In this document: piece by piece, positions 18,264-28,495 of the stretch | Layout: each line of letters starts with the position of its first letter | Numbering within the stretch: position 1 is the first letter of the stretch | NCBI GenBank assembly: GCA_965247115.1 | Contig: CBDFGR010000003.1 | Span: 1,664,001-1,728,000 of the forward strand | DNA: 64,000 nucleotides | Source: Myxococcota bacterium | Lineage (GTDB): Bacteria > Myxococcota_A > UBA9160 > SZUA-336 | Direction: 5' to 3' | The notes under the pieces: model-generated | What the model was told of the DNA's origin: nothing | What the model saw: the letters and a program-made list of their open reading frames with translations, nothing else | The model's database searches: none | Translations under genes and position numbers: made by a program

Positions 18264-18521
18264 TCAGGCAGCTCGGTCCTCCAGGTACCTCACGATATCG
18301 GCGGACTCGTGCATCCAGACGCTGTCGCCGGAGTCAGGGTCGATGCGCAGACACGGAACGGTGGCGCGGCCCGTGGCCTCGATGAGTGCGTAGAAGTGAG
18401 TGGGGTCGGTCTGGATGTCGCGGAGATCCACGGTGACTCCCAGTCGCGCGACGGCGAGGCGAACGAGCTCGCAGAAGGGACAGCTATCGAAGTGGTAGAG
18501 GGAGAGCGTCGCGGCGTCCAT
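18264..18521 (-). CDS. Glutaredoxin-like protein
   Basis: LYHFDSCPFC, GRATVPCLRI, WMHESADIVRYL. Confidence 0.88.
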   Translation of the reverse strand: MDAATLSLYHFDSCPFCELVRLAVARLGVTVDLRDIQTDPTHFYALIEATGRATVPCLRIDPDSGDSVWMHESADIVRYLEDRAA

Positions 18522-18605
18522 GTCGTTTCCTGGTTTCTCCCGGCCTCAGATGTGTTCGCGCAACGGTCGTTTTGCGAGTCGTCTGTTAAACTCACGGGGA
18601 ACCGC

Positions 18606-21600
18606 ATGCGTTTCCCCACCGAGCTGATTGCGCTCTTGATAGTAGCTTGCGGGCCTCACCAGAGTCCCGTCGCGCACCAGCTCCCTGACGACTGGCAACG
18701 CGGAGCCGGTCGACAGCATCGGATCCTCGAGGTTCGAGAGGGTCGCGATCTCCTCATCGAGACGCGGGAGGGCCCACTGCGTGTGGACTGGGCCGTGGGG
18801 GTGCAGGGCGAGACCGAGCCGCTCCGGGATCTCGATCGCATGCTCGCGCACGTCGGCGATTCGGAGCTAGAGCTGGACGGGCTTACGCTGTACCGGACCG
18901 CGCTCGCCGGGTCCTACCTCTACTCGCGAGAGCTGGTCGTGTTGCCTGAGGGTGTGCTCGTTGCGTCGGACCCCAAGATGCTGCGAGAGCGTGCCAGCGA
19001 GCGGCACGAGCGTGCACGGGCTGCCCTCAAAGCTGCGATGGAGCGCTTCTCTGCATCTCTGGAACGGAGGGAGAGCGATCACTCGAGCCGCGCCGCGCTG
19101 GTCGAGGTCCTGCTTCAGCTCGATCAGAAGGACGACAACAGTGCGAGCTTCGACGTCCTGCCGCCGAGCTTTGCGCGGCGGCTGGTGCGACACGGCTGGC
19201 TCGAGCAGCTAGAAGCGGATGAGACAGCGCGCGTCGCGCTGGAGGTGGCAGTACTGGAGTCGGAGGCCCTCGTTCCACTGACCCAGTACGCCTCGGCCAG
19301 CTCCCGTCTGGTGTACTCGGAAGATGCGTTTGGAAGCGGAGCCTGGTTGCTCTCGACACCGGAGCGCTCGGGCTACTCGAGGCTTGCAACGCGCCCCGCC
19401 TACTATCCCGACGCGCCAAGCGTGATCTCCGTGGTGCACCTGCCTCCCGGCACCGACCCGGCCGTGGGTTCCGACGCCTGGCTCGGGGCAGACCTGTATC
19501 GCGGCGACGTGCGCCTGGCGGCCTGGGATCGCGAGCAGGGCTTCCAGGCGAACGTGCCCGCGTGGAAGAAGGCGTTCGAGGACGCCGCGGCGGAGCAGGA
19601 GTTTGCGCTCACCCAGGGCCTGCCTCCGCACCTTCTCGTCACGGGACTCGACGGCGATGTCCTCTCGCTGATCACCGCGCATGGACGCCTGGAGCCGGCT
19701 CGGGACGGTAGCGCCGAGCGTGCTGAACGCTTTTTCGCGCAAGCGGCAGTCGCCCTGCCGGACGCAGCACATCTCGATCTGATCGGCGAGTACCTGCTGG
19801 TCTACGTATACGACAGCCCGGACACGCGCCGGCCCTGGCTGGTCGGTACGTTGCAGTGGAGTGGGGACGTTCATCAGACCGCGCTCGAGACGCTCGCTAC
19901 ACACACCGGTGGCATGTACCGCGGAGATTGTGACGATCTCTCCGAGCTCTACCAGGAGATCGCGGTCCGGCAAGGCAAGAACTCCCACCTGATCGGGCTA
20001 CCCGCGCACGCTGCCCTGGCATGGTCCGAGCGCGACGACGAGGAGATCTGGCACACCTACCTGCTCCAGACCGGACCTCCGCTCGAGTTCGACGGAGCTA
20101 CGCTCGATGCGAGCCTGGACCGGCTGTACACGCTCTTTGGCTCGGGAGAGGTGCTCGATCACACCCGACTCGAAATCCTGCTGCGCTTCTCCGGCGAGAA
20201 CACGCGCTCCAGCTGGTTTCTGAGCTCGCGAATTTTCTCCGACCCGGACTACGCGCAGACGATGATCGACGTTCAGCGTGATTGGCACTTTCAGACCTAC
20301 CACCGCGCGATCAAGAAGATGAAGCTGCTGATCGAGTCGGGCGACCGCGACCCGGCAAACCTTGCAGAGCTCGGAAGTCTCTACCGCTACACAGGCCAGT
20401 ACGATGAGTCGGCGGATACCCTTCTGCGCGCGCTGGAGCTGCTCGTGTCCGAGGAGAGTCGACTCACGTTGAGTCTCGACCGGTTGGAGGTGTTCTACGC
20501 GGCCGATCGCGACGAGGAGGCGCGAGCGCTCGCACGTGAGATCCTCGATGTGCGCCTACCCGAGCTCGAAGGGCTCGGGCAGGGGCCATTGCTCGATCCG
20601 CTGCTAGGTCTCGTCGACGTCCTGCTGGTCGATGCGAACGACATCGAGCTCGGTCTGGAAGTACTCGCGCGTCGGATTGCGCCAAGAGTCGGAGACGCGA
20701 TGCGGGTCCTCATGGATCGGATCGCGAGCGAGGACTTCGACCCGAAGTACTGGCGAGATGGGGGTGACGAGCAGCTGCGCCACCAGCTGCGTCGCTACGC
20801 AGGAAGCTCCATTGCGGTGCTGCGCGCGACCAAGGGAACGCCCCTTTTCGAGGGGGCGGACTGGACGCGTGTGAGCGAGGCTGTCGGGCTCTGGTTCGAG
20901 AGAATCGCGTTCCACGACGTGGAAGGTCCGGAGACCGTTCTTGGACGGTACTCGCTGCTCGCGCGCTACTACGAGGCGCGTCACGGCATCGCGTCGTTGC
21001 GGGAGCGGGTGGCGGCAGCGCCGCTTCCGGAGTCGGGAGTGCGAGCGCACATGGATCGATCATCCGCGTCCCTGGATGACGATCTCTCCTGGGCGTCCAT
21101 CTCCCCGTCGTACTGGGCCGGCGCACAGCGCGATCTCTTCGGGCCGGATCGCAGCAGCGTCGATGGGAAGCACGTGGCCGCGCTGGCGGAGCGCGTCGCG
21201 CGCGCTCGCGACGAGGCCAGGGCGGTCGGACTGGACCATCCGAGCTTCGAGGGGCGCGTTCGGACGACGGCGCTGGTCGCGGCGATCTTCGCTGAGGACC
21301 CCGCGAGTCTCCGCACCTTGCTGCGCGGGATCAAGGTCACGAACGATCGCCAGCAGCTGTGGGAGACGGCTAGCTGGCTCGCGGCCGTCGCTCGTTTCCT
21401 GTCACTCGAGCAGTACGCGGAGGTGCTCGAGATCTGGCGCGCCGAGCTCAACTACAAACCGATGTACTTCTGGATCGCCTGGAACGCGGCTCTAGAGGGC
21501 GCCGCGGCGCACGCGCTACTCGTGGCCGAGCTCGCAGCCACCGAGTTCGACGAGGACGCTGCCTTCGTCGAGGAGTACGAGTTCATGCGCAGCCTGCACA

Positions 21601-21725
21601 GCGCTGAGCCCCACACCGGCCCCACGCTGAGCTCGACCTGTTCTCAGCTTGGGCTGACCGGAAGAGGGTTGGCGTCGGTCCACGGCGCCGAAGCTTCGGG
21701 CAGGCTCGGAACCATCTGCCGGTAG
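18606..21725 (+). CDS. Large putative lipoprotein with transglutaminase-like motif and TPR region
   Basis: MRFPTELIALLIVAC lipobox-like start; RGDCDDLSELY...LPAHAALAW; TPR-like ANLAELGSLYRYTGQYDESADTLLRAL. Confidence 0.55.
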   Translation: MRFPTELIALLIVACGPHQSPVAHQLPDDWQRGAGRQHRILEVREGRDLLIETREGPLRVDWAVGVQGETEPLRDLDRMLAHVGDSELELDGLTLYRTALAGSYLYSRELVVLPEGVLVASDPKMLRERASERHERARAALKAAMERFSASLERRESDHSSRAALVEVLLQLDQKDDNSASFDVLPPSFARRLVRHGWLEQLEADETARVALEVAVLESEALVPLTQYASASSRLVYSEDAFGSGAWLLSTPERSGYSRLATRPAYYPDAPSVISVVHLPPGTDPAVGSDAWLGADLYRGDVRLAAWDREQGFQANVPAWKKAFEDAAAEQEFALTQGLPPHLLVTGLDGDVLSLITAHGRLEPARDGSAERAERFFAQAAVALPDAAHLDLIGEYLLVYVYDSPDTRRPWLVGTLQWSGDVHQTALETLATHTGGMYRGDCDDLSELYQEIAVRQGKNSHLIGLPAHAALAWSERDDEEIWHTYLLQTGPPLEFDGATLDASLDRLYTLFGSGEVLDHTRLEILLRFSGENTRSSWFLSSRIFSDPDYAQTMIDVQRDWHFQTYHRAIKKMKLLIESGDRDPANLAELGSLYRYTGQYDESADTLLRALELLVSEESRLTLSLDRLEVFYAADRDEEARALAREILDVRLPELEGLGQGPLLDPLLGLVDVLLVDANDIELGLEVLARRIAPRVGDAMRVLMDRIASEDFDPKYWRDGGDEQLRHQLRRYAGSSIAVLRATKGTPLFEGADWTRVSEAVGLWFERIAFHDVEGPETVLGRYSLLARYYEARHGIASLRERVAAAPLPESGVRAHMDRSSASLDDDLSWASISPSYWAGAQRDLFGPDRSSVDGKHVAALAERVARARDEARAVGLDHPSFEGRVRTTALVAAIFAEDPASLRTLLRGIKVTNDRQQLWETASWLAAVARFLSLEQYAEVLEIWRAELNYKPMYFWIAWNAALEGAAAHALLVAELAATEFDEDAAFVEEYEFMRSLHSAEPHTGPTLSSTCSQLGLTGRGLASVHGAEASGRLGTICR

Positions 21726-22404
21726 CCCGAAGCCCACATCAGGAAGAACATGTTCATGCTGACCACTACACCGACGAGCAGCGCGAACAGACCCAGCATG
21801 CCGACCAGCGACGAGACCACGAATAGCCCCGCGGTGCGCAGCTTCTGTCGCTTGGTTGCCTCCCACGAGGCCTCCAGGGCCTCGACGGGTCCCATTCCCT
21901 GATCCACGATGAAGAACGGTCCGAAGTAGAGCCGAGACACGACCGCGACCGTCCAGAGCAGGTTCACGATCACGCCCAGCCCGACTAGCTCAAGGGAGCC
22001 GATCAGTGAGCCTGTGATCTGGACGCTCTGTCCGATAAAGCCGATCAGTGCGGTGGCCGCGTACCAGCCGACCATCGAGAGCAGCGCGGACCCGAAAGTC
22101 GAGAAACCCCTGAAGAGGTCGCCGAAGCGCTCCTGACCATCGACCACGTTGAGATAGAAGAGTGCGTCGTTCCCCAGACGAGCACCGGCACTACAAAGAG
22201 GAGTGGTACGACGAGGAGCGCCGATGCCAACACAAGCAGGCTGCCGACGAACCCGATCGCCAGCCAGGTGGGGAAGCTGGCCCAGGTCAGGCTCCACGCG
22301 TCGGACAGACACTCGCCGATGTCGAACTCGCCGAGCTCTCCGAGACCTCGCTGCGAATGGTCGGCGAGTCGTGCCTTTGGTGGCTCGTAGGGGTTCTGTG
22401 TCAT
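21644..22404 (-). pseudogene. Integral membrane protein split by a frameshift near 22165 (or a sequencing error)
   Basis: ORF 22045-22404 gives the N-half (MTQNPYEPPKA...FDIGECLSDAWSLT...VPVLVWG); ORF 21644-22426 gives the C-half (LFYLNVVDGQERFGDLFRGF...MGPVEALEASWEATK). Confidence 0.7.
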
Positions 22405-22573
22405 CGCTTGCGGAGCCCAGGCGCACGTGGCGTCGCCTGACCCATCACTCGGTCTGCACGCCTTCCAACTTGAGGCGCAGTCCGAGGATTCTAGACGACT
22501 CGACCGTCGTCGCCGACAGCGGAGCGGGGCTACCCGTTGACCCGGGACCTCCGGCGGTGGATCCTTGCACGTG

Positions 22574-23275
22574 ATGGGCGCCAGCAGAGAGAGCTTGTTC
22601 GAGCTCGGAACGTGCGAAGAGGCCGTCGTGGAGCTGGAGCAGCTGAAGGCCCGCTTGCCCCATCAGATCGCGGAAGCGGAGGCCAAGGCCCAGGCCGCGA
22701 GGGATGCTGTGGCCGCCGCACACGAGCAGCTCGCGGAGTTCGAGAAGGCCCAACGTGCCCGCGAGGGCGAACTCCAGGAGGCAGAATCCCAGCGCACGAA
22801 GTTCCAGGGGCAGACCGCTCTGGTCAAGACGAACGAGGAGTACACGGCCCTTTTGCGGGAGATCGAGCTCACGGACGAGCGGGTCTCCCAGCTCGAGGAA
22901 GGGATCCTGCTGGGGATGGAAGCGATCGACGGAGCCAGGGGCCGTGTCGAGAGCGTCGGGAAGGAGCAAGAGCTCCTCGAACGGGGCCACCTTGCCGACG
23001 CCGACGGGTTGCGCAGGCAACTCGCTCTGGTGGAGAAGAGTCTTGCCGCGCGCGTCACCGAGCGAGCCGAGCGTCTGGCCGATCTGGGTCCCGAGGTCGA
23101 ATCCCTCTACCGGAGGGTCGCGAAGGCTCACGGCAGTGGCGTGGCCACCGTCAGGGACGATCGCTGCAGTGGCTGTCATCGAGCGATCCCACCCCAGATG
23201 GTGAACCTGATGCTCTCCGGCGAGCTCCACACGTGCTCGAACTGCCAACGCATCCTGGTTCCCGGCGAGGTCTGA
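22574..23275 (+). CDS. Coiled-coil protein with C-terminal C4 zinc ribbon (CT398/DUF164-like)
   Basis: Long coiled coil, KTNEEYTALLREIE, CSGCH...CSNCQRIL. Confidence 0.88.
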   Translation: MGASRESLFELGTCEEAVVELEQLKARLPHQIAEAEAKAQAARDAVAAAHEQLAEFEKAQRAREGELQEAESQRTKFQGQTALVKTNEEYTALLREIELTDERVSQLEEGILLGMEAIDGARGRVESVGKEQELLERGHLADADGLRRQLALVEKSLAARVTERAERLADLGPEVESLYRRVAKAHGSGVATVRDDRCSGCHRAIPPQMVNLMLSGELHTCSNCQRILVPGEV

Positions 23276-23510
23276 CTGCGAGACCCGGCGTGTGAGCTCT
23301 CTGGAGAGCTCGGAACGCGCCCGCGTCAGCGGTGAAGTTGCGTGTTGCTGGACCCTCTACCGACGCTGCGCGCAGCTGCGATACGGCTCCGAAAACTTGG
23401 ATTTCATTCGTTAATTCGGATGTTTACGAGAGTTGCTCGTCGGTGGTGCGCGCTGCAGTCGGGGGTGCTGGTTTGCTAGAATCGGCACCCGATGGGGGCG
23501 GAAGGAAGGG

Positions 23511-24575
23511 ATGGTCGATCCAGAACGGTACTGGGACTGCATGGATCAAGCATTCGAGTGCTCCTCTTCGGGCAGGTTCGAGGAAGCGCTGCGCTGGCTC
23601 GATGAGGCGCTCCGCGCGAACCCCGTAGGAGCTGAGGCACACAACGGGCGCGGCGAGATCCTATGGGACCACGTCGACCGCTCTCCTCAACAGCGGCAGA
23701 AGCAGCGCGACAATGCCCTGGGGGATTTCGCCCGCGCAGCCGAGGTCGATCCGGAGTACTTCCCCGCCCACCTGAATCGCATAGAGATCCTGGTCGAGGA
23801 ATTCCAGCAGTTCGAGAATGCTCTGGAGCTCGCAGACAGCCTGCTGAGCCGATCGCTCGATTCCGGTACCGAGGCGGAGGTCTACTACCTCAAGGCCAAG
23901 GCGCTCTTTTACCTGGACGACCTCGAGGGGGCGCTCTTCCTGCTGCGGCGAGCCATCAAGGCCCACGCCGAGGTGGGCATCTACCGCGGCTTCGAGGGCC
24001 AGATCCTGTTCGAGCTCGGGCAGTTCGGTGCTAGCCGGCGCAGCCTCGAGCGCGCGCTCGGGCTGGAGCCCGAGTGCGCCCACAGCATCTATCACATGGC
24101 ACTGGTCTCGGAGCACCTGGGGCTTCGTGAGGAGTCTGAACGGCTCTTTGCTGAGGCTGCTAACCTAGTCCCGGAGATGTACCCCTTGCCTGTGCGCATG
24201 GACGCGGAGGATTTCGAGACGGCAGCGGCCGCTGCCTTGGAGAAGCTGCCCGCGGAGATCCGCACGTACACGGCGAACTGCCCGCTGATTATCGAGGATC
24301 TGCCGGATGCGAGCCTCATCCGCGAGCACAACTTGTCGCCGCAGATCCTGGGCCTCTTCCTTGGCGTTCCGATCACGGCGAGCGGCTCGAACCCCCTTCA
24401 GGCGACCGCGCTCGAGCTGGACGTCGACCGCATCCTGCTCTTCAAGCGGAATCTGGAAAAGGTCTCCGGCACCCGCGAGGAGCTCGTCGAGCAGATCGAG
24501 ATCACCGTGAAGCACGAGATCGGGCACTGTCTGGGTCTGGACGAGGACGAGATCGAGCGGCTCGGCCTTGGCTGA
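23511..24575 (+). CDS. TPR repeats plus minimal zincin metallopeptidase domain
   Basis: N-terminal TPRs; ILGLFLG, RILLFKRNL, TVKHEIGHCLGLDEDEIERLGL. Confidence 0.85.
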   Translation: MVDPERYWDCMDQAFECSSSGRFEEALRWLDEALRANPVGAEAHNGRGEILWDHVDRSPQQRQKQRDNALGDFARAAEVDPEYFPAHLNRIEILVEEFQQFENALELADSLLSRSLDSGTEAEVYYLKAKALFYLDDLEGALFLLRRAIKAHAEVGIYRGFEGQILFELGQFGASRRSLERALGLEPECAHSIYHMALVSEHLGLREESERLFAEAANLVPEMYPLPVRMDAEDFETAAAAALEKLPAEIRTYTANCPLIIEDLPDASLIREHNLSPQILGLFLGVPITASGSNPLQATALELDVDRILLFKRNLEKVSGTREELVEQIEITVKHEIGHCLGLDEDEIERLGLG

Positions 24576-26022
24576 GTCGGGGACTCGAAGCAGACAGCTG
24601 ATCCGCCGCTTGCGCCGGATATCCGGTGTGGCGGAGGTCCTGGACCAGCCGGTCGAGCTGTTCCCCTATGAATCGGATGGGCTCAGCCTTCTTCAGGGGC
24701 GGGCTGTGGCCGTGGTCTTTCCCCTGACGGCCCCCGCGGTGCGCGAGATCGTCCGTGTGTGCAACGACGCGGGAACGAGCTACGTGGCTCGGGGCGCAGG
24801 CACCGGCCTCTCGGGGGGCGCGACCCCTGTCGACGGCTGCGTCTTGATCGAGTGCTCGCGCATGAATCGGTTGCTCGACGTGGACATGGTGAATCGGACC
24901 GCGACGGTTCAGCCCGGTGTGATCAACGCCGCGCTCTCCGAAGCCGTGGCTCCGCTCGGACTCCACTACGCTCCGGATCCCTCGAGCCAGACGGCATGCA
25001 CGATTGGCGGCAACATCGCGGAGAACAGCGGTGGCCCCCATACCCTGAAGTACGGTACGACCAGCCCGCACGTGCTCGAGATCGAGGTGGTGCTCCCGGA
25101 CGCCAGTCTGGTCAAGCTGGGTCGGCGTGACGGCCACAGCGCGGGCTACGACCTGCGCGGACTCTTCGTGGGATCCGAGGGGACGCTCGGGATCGTGACC
25201 TCCGCGACCGTTCGCCTCGTGCCAAATCCGGAGACCGTGTGCACGCTCCTCGCGGCGTTCTCTTCGCTCGTCGGTGCGTGCGAGGCTGTCGCGGGGATCG
25301 TAGCCAGCGGGATTGTGCCCGCCGCGCTCGAGCTGCTCGACGACCGGACGATCGAAGCCGTCGAGGCATCCGTCTTTGCCGCGGGCTACCCCCGCGATGC
25401 CCGTGCCGTGCTGCTCGTCGAGCTCGACGGTGCTGCCTGCTCGGTCGCCGAGGAGCGCGAGCAGGTCGAACGGGTCTGCAGGGAGCAGCAGACCATCGAG
25501 CTTCGCGTCGCTAAGGATGAGGCCGAGCGGCTCGCGTTCTGGCGCGGTCGCAAGGGAGCCTTTGGGGCAATGGGCCGGCTCGCGCCGGATCTGTACGTGC
25601 ACGACGCGGTTGTGCCGCGGACGCGGCTGCCTGAGGTGGTGGCACAGATCAACGAGGCCGCAGCGAAGCGAGACATTACGCTGGCCAACATCCTGCACGC
25701 GGGCGATGGCAACCTGCACCCGAACATCTCCTTCGACCGGCGTGCTGAGGGGGAGATGCAGCGGGTGCGGGAGATGGGGGTGGAGATCCTGCACATCTGC
25801 CTGGCAGCCGGCGGCGTGCTCTCGGGCGAGCACGGCATTGGCCTCGAGAAGCGCGACTACATGCGACTGCTCTTCCGCGAGTGCGACCTCGAGCCCATGC
25901 GCTGGGTGCACGACGCGTTCGATCCACTGGATCGTTGCAATCCGGGCAAGCTCATTCCGACGCCGCGTGCTTGCACGGAGAGCAACCCGCGACACCGAGG
26001 CTACGCGCAAGTAGAGTTCTGA
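24568..26022 (+). CDS. glcD: Glycolate oxidase FAD-linked subunit
   Basis: RGAGTGLSGGA, YAPDPSS, ENSGGPHTLKYG, GSEGTLGIVT, HAGDGNLHP, SGEHGIG. Confidence 0.9.
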   Translation: MAESGTRSRQLIRRLRRISGVAEVLDQPVELFPYESDGLSLLQGRAVAVVFPLTAPAVREIVRVCNDAGTSYVARGAGTGLSGGATPVDGCVLIECSRMNRLLDVDMVNRTATVQPGVINAALSEAVAPLGLHYAPDPSSQTACTIGGNIAENSGGPHTLKYGTTSPHVLEIEVVLPDASLVKLGRRDGHSAGYDLRGLFVGSEGTLGIVTSATVRLVPNPETVCTLLAAFSSLVGACEAVAGIVASGIVPAALELLDDRTIEAVEASVFAAGYPRDARAVLLVELDGAACSVAEEREQVERVCREQQTIELRVAKDEAERLAFWRGRKGAFGAMGRLAPDLYVHDAVVPRTRLPEVVAQINEAAAKRDITLANILHAGDGNLHPNISFDRRAEGEMQRVREMGVEILHICLAAGGVLSGEHGIGLEKRDYMRLLFRECDLEPMRWVHDAFDPLDRCNPGKLIPTPRACTESNPRHRGYAQVEF

Positions 26023-26023
26023 C

Positions 26024-27217
26024 GTGAAGTCTTTTGCTCCGATCGTCGGTGCCGAGCATGTCCACCCATCCGGCCGCTCGAAGCTCGCCGAGGCCGCGAT
26101 CGATGCCGTCGTGAAGCCGGGAACTGCGGACGAGGTGGCGGCCTGTCTCGCTGCTGCCCGGAGCGAGGGCGTGCCGGTGGTTGCGACGGGCGGCGGGTCG
26201 AAGCTCCACTGGGGAAACCCGCCAGACAAGAGCCCCGTCGTGCTCCTGGACCTCAGCAGGCTGAACGCGGTTCCCGTGCTCGACCCCGAGGAGGGGATCG
26301 TGAGCGCCGGGGGCGGCGTCAGGGTCGAAGAGCTGGCGCGGATCGCCGCAGCTAAGGAAACACGCACGTCGCTCCCGGGCATCTTCGCGGAAGCCAGCGT
26401 GGGCGGAACCATCGCCGCGGATCCTGTGAGCCCGAGAGACTCTCCGGAGCGCCGTGCGCGCAATGACCTGCTGGGCCTCGAGGTGGCGCTGCCGAACGGT
26501 GAGCTCACGCGCGCGGGCGGCAAGGTCGTCAAGAACGTGACAGGCTTCGACCTGGTCCGGCTCTACTGCGGATCGTTCGGGACGCTCGGTGTGATCACCG
26601 AGGCGACGTTGCGCTTGCGCGGACTGCCACAGGCTCGGCGCGTGCTACGGCGCGACTTCGAAGAGCTCGAGACCGCACTCAGCGTGTCTGCTGAGCTGGT
26701 GCGGGCGCCGCTCGAGCTCGCGGGCGCGGGCCTCTTGCGAAGCGGCGGGCGAGCGGAGCTCGTGTGGCTGCTGGAGGGCAGCGACGCGAGCGTGGCGGAG
26801 TTCGCCTCGCGCTTCGAGGGTGAGGAGGCGGCGCCCAGCGCATGGGAGGCACTCGTCCGGGAGATCGGAGCTCCGGTGCGCGGGCCGGGAACCGTTCGCG
26901 CGCGCTTGAGCGCGCGGCCGAGTGACATCCTGGCGATCTGCCGCCGGCTGGAGCAGCGGGCCGGCGCGAGCGCGCTGCGTCTCGTGCTGCCCTGGGTGGG
27001 GGTCGTTCTCGCCGAGCTTCCGGAGGAAGCTCTTCCGGAGCTGTGGGAGGACGTGAAGACGCAGGGCTGGCTGCTCTTTCTCGAGCATCTCCCGTCCAGT
27101 CCGAGCTACGACGCCTTTGGCCCGGAGCCGGAGGGACTGCCGCTCATGCGCGCGCTCAAAGCGCGCTTCGATCCAGATCGCGTGCTTGCCCCGGGACGCT
27201 ACGTGGGAGGAATCTGA
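26024..27217 (+). CDS. glcE: Glycolate oxidase FAD-binding subunit
   Basis: GGKVVKNVTGFDLVRLYCGSFGTLGVITE; LKARFDPDRVLAPGR. Confidence 0.88.
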   Translation: MKSFAPIVGAEHVHPSGRSKLAEAAIDAVVKPGTADEVAACLAAARSEGVPVVATGGGSKLHWGNPPDKSPVVLLDLSRLNAVPVLDPEEGIVSAGGGVRVEELARIAAAKETRTSLPGIFAEASVGGTIAADPVSPRDSPERRARNDLLGLEVALPNGELTRAGGKVVKNVTGFDLVRLYCGSFGTLGVITEATLRLRGLPQARRVLRRDFEELETALSVSAELVRAPLELAGAGLLRSGGRAELVWLLEGSDASVAEFASRFEGEEAAPSAWEALVREIGAPVRGPGTVRARLSARPSDILAICRRLEQRAGASALRLVLPWVGVVLAELPEEALPELWEDVKTQGWLLFLEHLPSSPSYDAFGPEPEGLPLMRALKARFDPDRVLAPGRYVGGI

Positions 27218-27218
27218 G

Positions 27219-28454
27219 CTGATCGACTACGAATCAACACTGGACTGTGTACACTGTGGCCTGTGCCTGCCCAGCTGTCCGACGTACCAGGAGACAGGGC
27301 GCGAGACGAGTTCGCCGCGCGGGCGTATCTACTTGATGCGCGGCGTGGCCGAGCAGCGCATACCGCTTGCCGGCATCGCTACGGAGGAGATGTATCTGTG
27401 TCTCGGCTGTCGCGCCTGCGAGTCCGCGTGCCCGGCCGGCGTCCGCTACGGTCACCTCCTGGAGGGCACTCGCGCCGAGATCGACGCCCGCTCCGCTCGC
27501 TCGCGCCTGCGCCGTTTCGTCGAGCGCTTCGTACTGCGCCGAGTGGTCGGTACACAGAGAAGTCTGCGGGCGCTCATGCGCGGGCTCCGCGTGTACCAGC
27601 GCAGTGGGCTCCAGTCCCTGGTGCGCAAGAGCCGGGTGCTGCGCGTCTTGCCCGGGCTGGCGCGCGCAGAGGCAATGCTGCCAGAGCTGCCCGACCCCCA
27701 CCGGCCCGCTGCCGTTGTCCCCGCCCTTGGACGCAAGCGCGGGCGTGTCGCGTTCTTCTCCGGCTGCATCATGCCCGAGGTTTTTGGTCCGGTGAACGAG
27801 GCCACAGTCCAAGTGCTGGTGCGGAACGGCTTCGAGGTCGTCGTTCCCGAGCAGCAGGTCTGCTGTGGCGCGCTCCAGATCCACTGCGGTGACCCCCGGT
27901 TCGCGGAGCGGCTGCACGAGTCCAACCAGCGCGCCTTCGCAGGTCACGATGTAGACGCGATCATCACGAACTCTGCAGGGTGCGGCGCGGCGCTCCGGGA
28001 GATGGGCGACGCCATGGCGAGCTCGGTGCGGGACATCGCCGAGTTCCTTGCCGACGTGGGGATCGAGCCCCCGGAGCGACGTCTCGAGCTGCGCGTCGCC
28101 TACGACGATCCCTGTCATCTGTTACACGCCCAGCGGATCGAGGCGGCACCGCGGGTGCTCTTGCGAGCGATTCCCGGCCTCGAGCTCTTCGACCTGCCCG
28201 GGCACCGCGACTGCTGTGGCGCGGCCGGGATCTACAACGTGACGCACGCGGAGATGGCCGGCCGGCTCCAGTCGCGCAAAGTCGAGGCACTCAGACAGAC
28301 CAGGCCAGACGTACTGGCCACCGGCAACCCCGGCTGCCTGCTGCAGATCGCCGCGGGCGTGCGTCAGGCCGGACTGCCTGTCGACGTCCGCCACCCGATC
28401 GAGCTTCTGGCCCGCGCCTACGCTCCCGAAGCTGCCGATCCAGGTGCAACCTAG
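27219..28454 (+). CDS. glcF: Glycolate oxidase iron-sulfur subunit (start uncertain, possibly CTG)
   Basis: CVHCGLCLPSCPTY, SPRGRIYLM, CLGCRACESACP, CCG domains, ATGNPGCLLQI. Confidence 0.9.
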   Translation: MIDYESTLDCVHCGLCLPSCPTYQETGRETSSPRGRIYLMRGVAEQRIPLAGIATEEMYLCLGCRACESACPAGVRYGHLLEGTRAEIDARSARSRLRRFVERFVLRRVVGTQRSLRALMRGLRVYQRSGLQSLVRKSRVLRVLPGLARAEAMLPELPDPHRPAAVVPALGRKRGRVAFFSGCIMPEVFGPVNEATVQVLVRNGFEVVVPEQQVCCGALQIHCGDPRFAERLHESNQRAFAGHDVDAIITNSAGCGAALREMGDAMASSVRDIAEFLADVGIEPPERRLELRVAYDDPCHLLHAQRIEAAPRVLLRAIPGLELFDLPGHRDCCGAAGIYNVTHAEMAGRLQSRKVEALRQTRPDVLATGNPGCLLQIAAGVRQAGLPVDVRHPIELLARAYAPEAADPGAT

Positions 28455-28495
28455 GCCGAAGCGCGGGCTCCGCCAGGCACGTCCCGTCGCTGGGT

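Noticed and set aside
23276..23510. RNase P RNA or other ncRNA downstream of the zinc-ribbon gene
   Set aside because: No GAGGAAAGTCC or other rnpB hallmark, and the region is too short.
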